Source: Verrucomicrobiales bacterium | Lineage (GTDB): Bacteria > Verrucomicrobiota > Verrucomicrobiia > Verrucomicrobiales > SLCJ01 | Length of the DNA: 64,000 bases | Assembly (NCBI GenBank): GCA_046075565.1 | Contig: JBJTQJ010000014.1 | Span: 1 to 64,000, forward strand | Direction of reading: 5' to 3' | Shown here: positions 27,713 through 37,111 of the stretch, piece by piece | How positions within the stretch are numbered: position 1 is the stretch's first letter | Layout of the letters: the number at the start of each line of letters is the position of its first letter | Notes under the pieces: model-generated | The model's database searches: none | What the model was told of the DNA's origin: nothing | What the model saw: the letters and a program-made list of their open reading frames with translations, nothing else | Position numbers and translations under genes: made by a program

Positions 27713-30067
27713 TCAAAGACGCGGGAGTTCTTCTCCTTCAAGTCCGGGAGGGAGTTCCGGTCCCGGAGGCGGGGGTATCACCGGATCATCGAGCACGGGA
27801 AGATCATCGGGATCTAACCCCTCCGGCACGAGTGGTTCGGGTTCGGCCCCGAGGCGGAGGAATAACTCGACGGCTTCGTCGCGCGCGCCGCCGAGACGCA
27901 GTGATTCTTCGTAGGAACGTTTGGCTTGCACGGGGTCAGCGGAGCCCGGTTTGGTGTGGACAACCGCGAGATTGTAGTGGGCGAGGGAGTAATCCGGTTT
28001 GACCTCGATGGCTTTCGCGAAAGCGGTTTCGGCATCGCGGATCTGACCGACATCAAGGGCGACCAGACCGAGATAGAGCCATGCCTGCGGATTCGCGGGC
28101 TGCAACACGAGGCTGCGGTTCAAGCGATCCACGGCCAACTCGGGTTGCCGGAGTTTCCAATGGCACACACCGAGCATGAGATGGGCGAAAGAGTTCGTTT
28201 CTTCGCGAGCCAAGGCATCCTGGAACTTCGGGATGGCATCGCCGAATTTTTCCTGCTTCAAGAGGCTCACCCCGAGGTTACAGACCATGCGCACGTCGGC
28301 GGGGTCGGCTTCCACGATCAGCCGGTAGGTTTCCTCCGCTTCCTGGAAATTTCCCCGGCGGAATGCAGATTCCGCGGTCGTGGCGAGGCTGCGTTTCTGC
28401 GCGTCGAAGGTGGCGGCGGCATCGGGGCGGGTATCGTCGGGTTCCTCTGGGGCGGGATTGGCGGCGACTTCAGGGGTGGTGGTGGCGGGGCCCTCCGGGT
28501 TTTCAGCAGGGTCTCCGCCGAAAAACTTGCCGCTGAGTTCCACACCGGAAAGCGCGCGAATCTCATGGTCCTGGAGGCGGGCCACTTCCTCGGGCGTGGG
28601 TTCGGACCCTTTGCCTTCAAGTTGGTCAATGTAGCGGATCAGGGCTTTGGAATTGATCTCCAGTTTGGCCAATTCCGAGAGAAGCATATTGCGCGCCCTC
28701 GCCCGGTAAACCTGCTGCCGCAACTGGCGCACGACGATTTCCCGCAGGGTCCGGTTTTCTTCGGCCATGAGCGGATCGGCGGCGGGAGGTGCTGCTTCCA
28801 GAGCCGACTTCGCTTCGGAAAGTTGCTTTTCCAGCAAGCTCATGCGGTCGCGGAATTGTGCGTTCTCCTTGCGGGCGCTTCCGAGTTCGCCCTCGACTTG
28901 TATCAATCGCTCCTTGAGGCCGGCGATGAGGTCGGTGTCCTTTTCTTTTTCGGCCGCGAGCGCCTTGATTTTTTCCCGCATCTCGGCCAATTCTTTTTCC
29001 AGACGCTTGTTGGTCGCGATGAGCGCGGGCTGCCCGTCCGTTTGCACCGCCATGGCCGCGAGCTGATCGCGTTCAGCTTTCCAACGATCCCGCTCCGCCG
29101 TGAGCACGCGGATGGTATCCTCGAAAGTCGCGGAGTCCCGGCGAGTGGAAGCCAGTTCCGCCTCGATCCGCGCCAGTTCACGGGCGAACCGCTCGTTTTC
29201 CTTTAAGATTTCTTTATTGCCCTGGGCAACTCCTTCCTTGATACCTTCCGCCTTGCCCTGTTCGCGGCCCTCTTTCTTGGCCTTTTCGGCCGCCGCCGCA
29301 ATCTTCGCATCCATGTCAGCCAGCTTCTTCTCGAGTTCGGTGGCGCGGGCGCGTTCGGCGACCCCGCTGTTGATACCCTTCTCTTGCAGGGCAGCCAACT
29401 CCTGCTTCGCCTTGTCCCGTTCCTCGCGGAATTTGCGCGCCTCGTAAGAGGAGAGATTGCGCAGGTTTTCCACCTCGGCCAGCCGGCTCTTGAGCGCATC
29501 ACGTTCACGGGCAAGGGCTTCTAGGGTCTGGCGGGCTCCGACCTGCTGGCGTTCAAGTTCCTGAATCCTCATCCGGGCAAACGGATCATCCACCACTGGC
29601 GGCGGAGCGGGCGGACGCACGACCACCGCACCAACCCCAGGCTGCGGACCTCCGTCCTTCGGAAGAGCCACGCCGGGGGGCAATGGGCGGGGATCATTCG
29701 CCGAACGTCCGAGACCTTCTTTGGCGGCTTTCTCCGCCACGCCATTGATTTGCTCGCGCATTCCGTTGCGGCGGAACTCGACCATGGCCGGTTTCCAATC
29801 CGGGTGCTCGCGGGCGATCTGATCGTAGACCTTCGCCGCCGCCCGATACTGGTCGTAGGCCGTCTTGAATCCCCCGGCCCGCTCGGATTTCATGCCATCT
29901 TCGCGCAGTTGCCAGGCCTCGAGGAACATCTCACTGGGACCTTTCTCCGCGCCTATCCCATTGGCCACAAGACAAATCAGGGCGAGCGCCATGACCAACC
30001 CCCGCGTTCTGGCAGAACTGGGAAGCTGCGCTTGGTCGGGGAGCCTATGGGTTGGGGTTCGGGGCAC
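27713..30067 (-). CDS. Secreted coiled-coil and TPR repeat protein
   Basis: Signal-like segment (likely start near 29992), long E/K/R coiled coil and C-terminal TPRs (NLGV, LGVCHW, YLGL, YNLA). Confidence 0.85.
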   Translation of the reverse strand: MPRTPTHRLPDQAQLPSSARTRGLVMALALICLVANGIGAEKGPSEMFLEAWQLREDGMKSERAGGFKTAYDQYRAAAKVYDQIAREHPDWKPAMVEFRRNGMREQINGVAEKAAKEGLGRSANDPRPLPPGVALPKDGGPQPGVGAVVVRPPAPPPVVDDPFARMRIQELERQQVGARQTLEALARERDALKSRLAEVENLRNLSSYEARKFREERDKAKQELAALQEKGINSGVAERARATELEKKLADMDAKIAAAAEKAKKEGREQGKAEGIKEGVAQGNKEILKENERFARELARIEAELASTRRDSATFEDTIRVLTAERDRWKAERDQLAAMAVQTDGQPALIATNKRLEKELAEMREKIKALAAEKEKDTDLIAGLKERLIQVEGELGSARKENAQFRDRMSLLEKQLSEAKSALEAAPPAADPLMAEENRTLREIVVRQLRQQVYRARARNMLLSELAKLEINSKALIRYIDQLEGKGSEPTPEEVARLQDHEIRALSGVELSGKFFGGDPAENPEGPATTTPEVAANPAPEEPDDTRPDAAATFDAQKRSLATTAESAFRRGNFQEAEETYRLIVEADPADVRMVCNLGVSLLKQEKFGDAIPKFQDALAREETNSFAHLMLGVCHWKLRQPELAVDRLNRSLVLQPANPQAWLYLGLVALDVGQIRDAETAFAKAIEVKPDYSLAHYNLAVVHTKPGSADPVQAKRSYEESLRLGGARDEAVELFLRLGAEPEPLVPEGLDPDDLPVLDDPVIPPPPGPELPPGLEGEELPRL

Positions 30068-30157
30068 GGGGGGACAAATTACCGGGATCTCCGAGAATTG
30101 TAAATCACCAAGCGCTCCCCCTCTCCGATTTCGTTTCCCTGGAAAACCGGGGCGAGG

Positions 30158-32041
30158 TCAGCGCTCCGAGCCCGACTGGTTCCCAACGATGACCGGCTTT
30201 TCGCAAGACGGTTCCACCCGGATATCCACGCTAGCTCCCCGGAATCGATTCTCTCGGATGACCAGTCCCGCGGTGTTTTTGGCGGAGACGCCGCGTTCAT
30301 TGAAAAAGTTGCCCACTATCCGGATGTTTTCGTGCACCGGCTCGGCGGGATCGGGATGGTCCGTCTCTGGTTTGATTTCGATTCCCCCGCTGGCAAAGTG
30401 GTTGCCTTTTATGAGCATGTCGCGCACCTGCCCCGACTCGAACCAACTCCCGGCATCCCCGGCAATCAGGATCCCGGCCATCGCCGTGTGGTCGAAGACA
30501 CAGTCCTCGACCACCACCTTCCCACGTGTGCTGAGCAGGAACCCGCGGCAGGAAGCATTCGAAACATGGCACCTTCGGATTTGGACATCGGGACACCAGG
30601 TGAGATTTTCCACTGCATCATTCTCGCTGAAGCGGGGAGCAGCGGCGTCCAGGGTCAGCAGCCATTGTTTGCCCGAATCATCACCGGGGGCTCGCGAGAT
30701 CGAATTCACCCGGCAAGGCGGGTTTCCAGGATACTCGCGCAGTTTTTCGTGCGAGACCACCGCTACCATGTCCCCCGGTTGAAATGGCGTGAAGCCGTAG
30801 GTCTGCCGGTGCATGAATGCGACGAGTAGTTGATCGGGTGCGGGTTGTCCGGTGACACGCAGGTAAGTGCCATGCACATTGATGGCATCATCCTGCAATC
30901 CGGAGAAACGGCAATCCTCGACCCGGATGGTTCCGCGGCATCCGGAAAAATGCAGGGCATCCGCCCACGCCGGACAGGTGCGCAAGGAATCCTCAGGCGG
31001 CACGACGAGCACCCGCTCGAAGGCGATGTTTTCCGTGAACTGGCTCACGATACCCATGCCGGTGAGCGCGTGGAATACACAATCGCGGAAGACGAGATTC
31101 CGGCACCGGTTGTTGTGGGCACCCACCGTATCACGGGTCGTATTGCGGAATTGGAACTGATGGCCTTGCCGCAATGGGTGTTGGCCAGCCTCCGCGAATT
31201 CAAATCGAATCCGACCGTCGCCCAAATCTTCCGCTCGACTTGCCGAAGGAAAGTCCGCTCTCATACCCAGACGCCAGCACTTGCCTTCGGCCGGAATCGC
31301 CTCCTGCACCAAAGTTTTTCCCGGCCCGAGATCACCCGTCCACGAAAAGACACCATTGTCCACGCGATAGGCCGAGCCTTCTGCAGCTCGCACAATGGCG
31401 TGAGCGGGACCGGATTCAAGGACCCGGAATTCCGATACCGTGGGACGCTCCAGATCAAAGACCAGGCCCTGCCAGTGGATATCTACGCTGTGTTCATTCA
31501 CGAATTGGATTATTCGTCCTGCGAGAAGAATCTCCGCGCGTGCGGAAGCCCAGCTGTCCGTTCCTTCGATGCGGAAATGACGCGCCTTTTCGACGAGGAT
31601 GCCGACCGGACGAGGAAGTGTGGGATCATCACAGGCATTCGAGATAAACCACGACCTCCGCAAGGCACCATCGGCAGCGATACGATGACGCCCTGGCAAG
31701 AATTGGACGACCACCGGCTTGTCCGCCGTGCCCGTGCCCGACAGCCTGAGCGAAAGCCGATGCTCCCCGGGCGCGATCACCACCCGGTCTCCGGCGGCAA
31801 GATTCAATGCGTTCACGCCCGCGAAACTTTTCCATGCCAGCTTGGCATCGGTGCCGGCGTTCGCATCATCACCCCGCGTCGGATCGACATGGTAGGTTGT
31901 GTTGCCTGGTGAAGGACGCAACAACTCCAGTCGCGGATACGCGGGAGAATCTTCTGCCGCAGCCGAACCGACGCGCCAGAAAGCGATGGAGAACAGGAAA
32001 ATGAAAATGTAACGAAAACCGGAGCAAGATGATACCGACAT
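30158..32041 (-). CDS. Right-handed beta-helix glycoside hydrolase, GH110 alpha-1,3-galactosidase-like
   Basis: ADALHFSGCRG...DDAINVHG, FMHRQTYG, RGFLLSTRGKV and WFESG; signal peptide. Confidence 0.82.
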   Translation of the reverse strand: MSVSSCSGFRYIFIFLFSIAFWRVGSAAAEDSPAYPRLELLRPSPGNTTYHVDPTRGDDANAGTDAKLAWKSFAGVNALNLAAGDRVVIAPGEHRLSLRLSGTGTADKPVVVQFLPGRHRIAADGALRRSWFISNACDDPTLPRPVGILVEKARHFRIEGTDSWASARAEILLAGRIIQFVNEHSVDIHWQGLVFDLERPTVSEFRVLESGPAHAIVRAAEGSAYRVDNGVFSWTGDLGPGKTLVQEAIPAEGKCWRLGMRADFPSASRAEDLGDGRIRFEFAEAGQHPLRQGHQFQFRNTTRDTVGAHNNRCRNLVFRDCVFHALTGMGIVSQFTENIAFERVLVVPPEDSLRTCPAWADALHFSGCRGTIRVEDCRFSGLQDDAINVHGTYLRVTGQPAPDQLLVAFMHRQTYGFTPFQPGDMVAVVSHEKLREYPGNPPCRVNSISRAPGDDSGKQWLLTLDAAAPRFSENDAVENLTWCPDVQIRRCHVSNASCRGFLLSTRGKVVVEDCVFDHTAMAGILIAGDAGSWFESGQVRDMLIKGNHFASGGIEIKPETDHPDPAEPVHENIRIVGNFFNERGVSAKNTAGLVIRENRFRGASVDIRVEPSCEKPVIVGNQSGSER

Positions 32042-32105
32042 GCGCAGGAGGTAACGCGGAGGTAGCGGGTGAAGTGTCAGAAAAGACACTCGCCGCATCT
32101 GGTAT

Positions 32106-32591
32106 TCAACCCGGAATCCGGTTCAGCGACCACAAGGTTCCATTGAGCACGGCGGCAAAACCAACCCAAGCGAGGTAGGGCCAGAGCAAAGCGGCGGCCA
32201 AACGATCCACCCGGTGGAATGCGATGATCGTCCAAGCGATGGCCGCCCAGAGGAAGAGGATTTCCACGAAGGCGAGGTCGGGACGCCGCAGACCGAAGAA
32301 CAACGGTGTCCAGGCCGCATTGAGGGCGAGTTGCACGAAAAAAATGGCAAGTGGTCGGCGTTGCGCGGAAAAAACACCCTGGCGCCAGACCAGCCAGGCC
32401 GCCACCGCCATCATGGTGTAAAGCACCGACCATACCTTGCCGATCAACGATCCCGGAGGCGTCCACGAGGGCTTGATCAATTCGGCATACCATTCGCCGG
32501 GCATGGACCACGCTCCCGGCACCACAGCGGCGAAACAAATCAATAACCAACCACCGAGGCCGAGCACGGACTTGCCGGAAATTGTCTTCAT
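32106..32591 (-). CDS. tspO: TspO/MBR family tryptophan-rich sensory protein
   Basis: WYAELIKPSWTPP, QLALNAAWTPLFFG and PYLAWVGFA. Confidence 0.95.
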   Translation of the reverse strand: MKTISGKSVLGLGGWLLICFAAVVPGAWSMPGEWYAELIKPSWTPPGSLIGKVWSVLYTMMAVAAWLVWRQGVFSAQRRPLAIFFVQLALNAAWTPLFFGLRRPDLAFVEILFLWAAIAWTIIAFHRVDRLAAALLWPYLAWVGFAAVLNGTLWSLNRIPG

Positions 32592-32689
32592 GTTTGTAAC
32601 CTATGATTCCGAATCCCATCGCATGCCATGACAAGCCAGACTAGGGACACGCGGTTTACCGAGTAACTGGAATCCGGGTCATGGCCGCC

Positions 32690-34918
32690 TCATGGAGTCT
32701 TCTTTCCGGCGGCGGCGATGCTTTGTTGGATCTGGGCCCCGGCGGCGGTGGCCATGGTCCGGATATTTGCGTCGGGGTCGGCCTGGAACTTGGAGGCAAC
32801 TTCCAGAGCGAAGGGCTTGGGCACGATAGCGATGCCATTGAGCATGACGCGTTTCTTATCGCGGGTGTCGGCAAGGATTTCCGCTTGTCCCCACCATGCG
32901 CGCTGTTGGGCGTCGGTCCGCTTGCGATCGCTATTCATGGCAAGAGCCCGCACAAATGCCTCGAAAGCGACCGTCTTGATCGCATCGGAATTTCCGCTCG
33001 TGGCGAGGCTGGCGAGCCGATCCAACTGGCTATCATCCGGCCAGTCACGCAGGGCGAGAACCGCCGCGATCTTCAGGTCAACGTCGCCGGTGGTCAAAAC
33101 ACGATCAATGGCTTTGGCGGCGGCGGGACTGCCGGTCAGGCCGAGCAGGGCGAGGGAAGACTGTTGGGTTTCCTTGGAGACATCGGAGGCAAGGCCCTTC
33201 TCGATTGCCGGCACAAGTTTCTCTTTGGATTTCGCCCGTTCCATCAGCACTTCCATGACCTGCTTGGCGGTCATGCGGGTGCCGCTGCCCTTGGTCTCGA
33301 TCATGATCCGCATAAAATTCTCGGCGTGCGTCTCATCGGCGAAATTGCTCATGGCCTGAACGGCGGTTTTGGCATTCTCGTCGTCGGCGGTGATTGCGAT
33401 ATTGGTCAATTCGGGGATCGCGTCTTTCATCCCCCTCATGGCGATCACGCCCATGAGCTTGCGCTGGATACTCCCTTTGGTCTTGCCAAGCTGAACGAGA
33501 ATGGCATCCTCGACGCCTTCGCCTCCCATCTGCTCGAGTTTCGACTTCACCCTTCTCTCCAGATTCTCCCGATCATTGGCGGGCATTTCAGCCGGAGGAA
33601 GCAAATAGGGCGTGATTAGATTCACCATCTCCGCGCTACCACTCGTGTTGCTTTCGTCATTCACATATTCGATGACGCGCTTTTGTTCCTTCTTGGCTCC
33701 GCTGCCGGAGGAGAGCTTGGCAACCGTGCCTCCGATGATCAGCACGCCGCTGATGATACTGATAATAGTCCATTTCAACACCGGTGATTTTGCCTGAGGA
33801 CGCTGATAATGGGAATGCAGCACTTGCGGCTGGGCAACTTCGATGGGACCGGCAGTCGGCCCCTGAACCACGGGAACTTGAGAAGAAACCGGTCGAACGG
33901 GAGCACTGCCGAGACGCACGGCACCGCTGCCAGCGCGCACGGGTCCGGAGCCAGGGCGGACCGGACCGGAACCTGCCATGGGCGAAGAAACCGGAGAGGC
34001 GGTGGCGGCCGGCGGAGCGCTGAGCCGAGGAGAAGCGACGGGGGTAGCCCCGGGAATGATGAGCCGGGGCGCGGATTGGGAGCCGGGAATGACGAAATCC
34101 GCATTGAAGAAAACCTCGAGGGCCTCCTGGGCGTTTACGGGTCGCTGGTTCACATCGCGATTCATCAACCACATGATCCAGTCGCAAGTGCGTTTGGTCA
34201 GGTCGGGCCGGATATCGAGCATCGGCGTGAGCCGGTGCGAGAGGTGAGCCGACATAACCTCTGCGGCGGTGTCGCCGTCGAAGGGGTATCGACCGGTGAG
34301 GCCGTAATAATACATGCACCCCATGGCATAAAGGTCGGTGCGGCCATCCAGCGGCAGACGCTCGAACTGCTCGGGTGCCATGAAGTGAATGGAACCGAGA
34401 ATGGCATCGTTGAGCCCGATCGTCTGCTGGCTCGGTTTGGGGCTGAACTTGGCGAGACCGAAATCGAGCAATTTGAATTGGAACTTGCCGCTGGGCAGCC
34501 ATTTCACCATGAGGTTGGTGGGCTTGATGTCGCGGTGCACAAGCGCCTTATCTTGAGCGGCTATGAGCGCTTCCAAGGTCTGGGAGACCATTTCGGCGAA
34601 GTCGTCTTCGGTGAGAAGCCCGCGATCCACGACCTGGTCGAAGGTTTCGCCATCCACGAGTTCCATGACCACGAAGACACCGTCGGAGTCGGTGCCAACA
34701 TCATACACGGAAACCACATTCGGGTGCTGGAGGGCTGAAAGCAAATGGGCTTCTTTAAAGAGACTCTTGGTCGGATCCTCGTCAAAAGCCTCGCTTTCCT
34801 CGGGTGGGAGCAGGCGTTTGACCGCCACCTCACGTTGCAGGTGGGTATCAAAGGCTCGGTAAACAGCACCGATGCCCCCTTGGCCGATTTTCGCCTTGAT
34901 TTGGTAGCGCTCGCTCAT
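32690..34918 (-). CDS. Membrane Ser/Thr protein kinase with a C-terminal HEAT-repeat region
   Basis: IGQGGIGAVY, VAVK, HRDIKPTN, DFG and MAPE; Pro-rich linker, one TM helix, then HEAT-like helices. Start MSERY at 34918. Confidence 0.92.
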   Translation of the reverse strand: MSERYQIKAKIGQGGIGAVYRAFDTHLQREVAVKRLLPPEESEAFDEDPTKSLFKEAHLLSALQHPNVVSVYDVGTDSDGVFVVMELVDGETFDQVVDRGLLTEDDFAEMVSQTLEALIAAQDKALVHRDIKPTNLMVKWLPSGKFQFKLLDFGLAKFSPKPSQQTIGLNDAILGSIHFMAPEQFERLPLDGRTDLYAMGCMYYYGLTGRYPFDGDTAAEVMSAHLSHRLTPMLDIRPDLTKRTCDWIMWLMNRDVNQRPVNAQEALEVFFNADFVIPGSQSAPRLIIPGATPVASPRLSAPPAATASPVSSPMAGSGPVRPGSGPVRAGSGAVRLGSAPVRPVSSQVPVVQGPTAGPIEVAQPQVLHSHYQRPQAKSPVLKWTIISIISGVLIIGGTVAKLSSGSGAKKEQKRVIEYVNDESNTSGSAEMVNLITPYLLPPAEMPANDRENLERRVKSKLEQMGGEGVEDAILVQLGKTKGSIQRKLMGVIAMRGMKDAIPELTNIAITADDENAKTAVQAMSNFADETHAENFMRIMIETKGSGTRMTAKQVMEVLMERAKSKEKLVPAIEKGLASDVSKETQQSSLALLGLTGSPAAAKAIDRVLTTGDVDLKIAAVLALRDWPDDSQLDRLASLATSGNSDAIKTVAFEAFVRALAMNSDRKRTDAQQRAWWGQAEILADTRDKKRVMLNGIAIVPKPFALEVASKFQADPDANIRTMATAAGAQIQQSIAAAGKKTP

Positions 34919-35000
34919 GGACCTTTGGTCGGAATTTGGGGGATCCCGGAGTTTCAGGCAATTCGGAAATGCGGAATTTCGGGAATTCTGGTGGAAATTT

Positions 35001-35321
35001 TTACGATTTGGTCGGCCATTCCAATTGGAGAGTCCCATTTTCGACCCGAAGCCGATACACCAGGACCCCGGAGGCGGCGGGCGGGGTCAGGGCCTCCCCG
35101 GTCCCGAGGTCGAATCTGGCCCCGTGCCACGGGCATACCACGCATCCGTCTTCGATCCAGCCGTCGGACAATGGGGCTTTGGCGTGCGGGCAGACGTCAT
35201 CCATGGCGAACCACTGCTCCGTGGTGCGGAAAACGGCGATCCGGGTCTCCCGGACGAGAAAGCAACGCGACGCCCCGGATGGGAATTCGGCCACGGGGAG
35301 CAGGGAAATCCAATCGCTCAT
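35001..35321 (-). CDS. Rieske (2Fe-2S) ferredoxin
   Basis: CPH...CPWH motifs; start MSDWISL. Confidence 0.92.
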   Translation of the reverse strand: MSDWISLLPVAEFPSGASRCFLVRETRIAVFRTTEQWFAMDDVCPHAKAPLSDGWIEDGCVVCPWHGARFDLGTGEALTPPAASGVLVYRLRVENGTLQLEWPTKS

Positions 35322-35332
35322 TCGCAGCTCTC

Positions 35333-35761
35333 CTAGTAGGCACCGGAGTTCCTGTCTTCGTTCGTGTGGTGCCGGGCGGCGTTCAGGTAGAGTTGCTCCT
35401 CGATGCACTTGGTGAGCGTCGCCATGTCCACCGGTTTGCCGAGCATGATTAGTTCGCCGGATTCGGCCACACTGTGGCGGCTGACCTCATCGCGGGCGAC
35501 GAGGGCCGTGAGCATGATGACGGGAATCCGCGCGGTCTGGCTGTTCCGCCGGAGTTCCGTGACCACGTCTCCCCCGTCCATACCGGGCATCACGACATCA
35601 AGCAGGATGAGGTCGGGCAGAAAAATCCGCGCCGCCTGGGCCGCTCGCTGGGCCTGGTTTTCCTCCTGAACTTCATAAATTCCTGTTCGTTCGAGGTTGA
35701 ACTTGAGCAGCTTGGTAAAGCCGGCCTCATCGTCCACCACGAGAATGCGTTTTTTTATCAT
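35333..35761 (-). CDS. Single-domain response regulator (CheY-like)
   Basis: ILVVDDE, LLDVVMPGMDG, MLTA and KP. Confidence 0.93.
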   Translation of the reverse strand: MIKKRILVVDDEAGFTKLLKFNLERTGIYEVQEENQAQRAAQAARIFLPDLILLDVVMPGMDGGDVVTELRRNSQTARIPVIMLTALVARDEVSRHSVAESGELIMLGKPVDMATLTKCIEEQLYLNAARHHTNEDRNSGAY

Positions 35762-35776
35762 AGGGTTCTCCTTTTT

Positions 35777-37075
35777 CTAATCAGATTGAACTTGTATCGA
35801 AGCGCCGTCGTCGCGCAACTTCTCCTTTTGCCCTCCACTTTGGATGGCGCGCAGGGTGACGGTCATGCAGGTGCCCTTGCCCGGTTCACTGCGGCAAACG
35901 ATCCTGCCGCCGTGGAGTTCGATGATTTTCCGGCAGATAGAGAGGCCGAGGCCCGTGCCCTCACCGGTGGGTTTGGTCGTGTAAAACGGGTCGAATATCC
36001 GCTCCATTTCGGCGGCCGGGATACCGCATCCGGTGTCCTCGACGGAAACAAATACCACTTTGTCGCCGCGACGCAGCCGCTCGGCGGCCCGGCTCCCCGT
36101 GTCGGTGGGTTCTCCTTCGGCCATCACCCCGAAACGGGTGGACACCCTCAGGGTGCCTCCGCCGCGACCCATGGCGTGCAGGGCATTCAAGAGCAAATTG
36201 AGCAGGACCTGCTCGAACTTTGGCACGTCGAGGGAAACACTCGGCAGCTTATCGGCCAACGAGACTTCCAGTTCGACATTGGTGCGAAGGCGATCGTGTT
36301 TGGTGAACAGGAGTGTATCGCGGATCACCTGGTTCAGATCCACGTTGCGGAATTCGAGATGCCGCGAGGCCGAGAAATCCACCAGCCCGTGGATGATCTT
36401 TTCCGCACGTCGCACCGCCTTCCGCATCTCTTCCAGGATTTCGAGGAAATTCGGGTCGACGTCGTCTGGGAGTTGGCTCAGGTATTCCACGCCCATGAGG
36501 ATGAGCGCGAGGGGATTTTTCACTTCGTGGGCGACCCCGGCAGCGAGGCGGCCGACAGATTCCAGTTTCTCTGCCTGGATGAGCATCTCCTGGGTGCTAC
36601 GCAGCTCGAGGTTGGCGGCCTCAAGGTTACGATTGAGTTGCAGGAGTTGGCGCTCCGCCTTCTTGCGCGCGGTGATCTCAGTGCTCATGCCTGCCACTCC
36701 GGCGATACGCCCGCTTTCATCATAAACCGGCATTTTCATGGCCAGCCAATGCCGCTCCTCACCGCGCACGACCGATGACTCCTCGAAGTTCAAGGAACGA
36801 CCGGCCATGATCACGGCCGTGTCGTGGGATAGATACATATCGGCCTTCGCGGCGGGAAACAAGTCCTGGGGACGACGACCGAGAATCTCCGAGCGGTCCA
36901 TCCCGATGAGTTGCTCGTAAATGCGGTTCACCATGATGTAGTGACCTCCCAAATCCCGCACAAAAAGCAGCATCGGAGCATTGTCCACGATCTGCCCGAG
37001 CAGGGCGTGGCTCAACTTGAGATCGACGGTTTTCTGCGGAGGATCAGGATCCATGGCTGGACTCTTCCGCCTCAT
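35777..37075 (-). CDS. Cytoplasmic PAS-domain sensor histidine kinase
   Basis: PAS domain, AGVAHEVKNPL H-box, NLLLNA, DTGCGI and GTGLGL; no TM helix seen. Confidence 0.93.
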   Translation of the reverse strand: MRRKSPAMDPDPPQKTVDLKLSHALLGQIVDNAPMLLFVRDLGGHYIMVNRIYEQLIGMDRSEILGRRPQDLFPAAKADMYLSHDTAVIMAGRSLNFEESSVVRGEERHWLAMKMPVYDESGRIAGVAGMSTEITARKKAERQLLQLNRNLEAANLELRSTQEMLIQAEKLESVGRLAAGVAHEVKNPLALILMGVEYLSQLPDDVDPNFLEILEEMRKAVRRAEKIIHGLVDFSASRHLEFRNVDLNQVIRDTLLFTKHDRLRTNVELEVSLADKLPSVSLDVPKFEQVLLNLLLNALHAMGRGGGTLRVSTRFGVMAEGEPTDTGSRAAERLRRGDKVVFVSVEDTGCGIPAAEMERIFDPFYTTKPTGEGTGLGLSICRKIIELHGGRIVCRSEPGKGTCMTVTLRAIQSGGQKEKLRDDGASIQVQSD

Positions 37076-37111
37076 GCTTCCAGATTATTCCCCTATTGGC
37101 AACCATTCATT

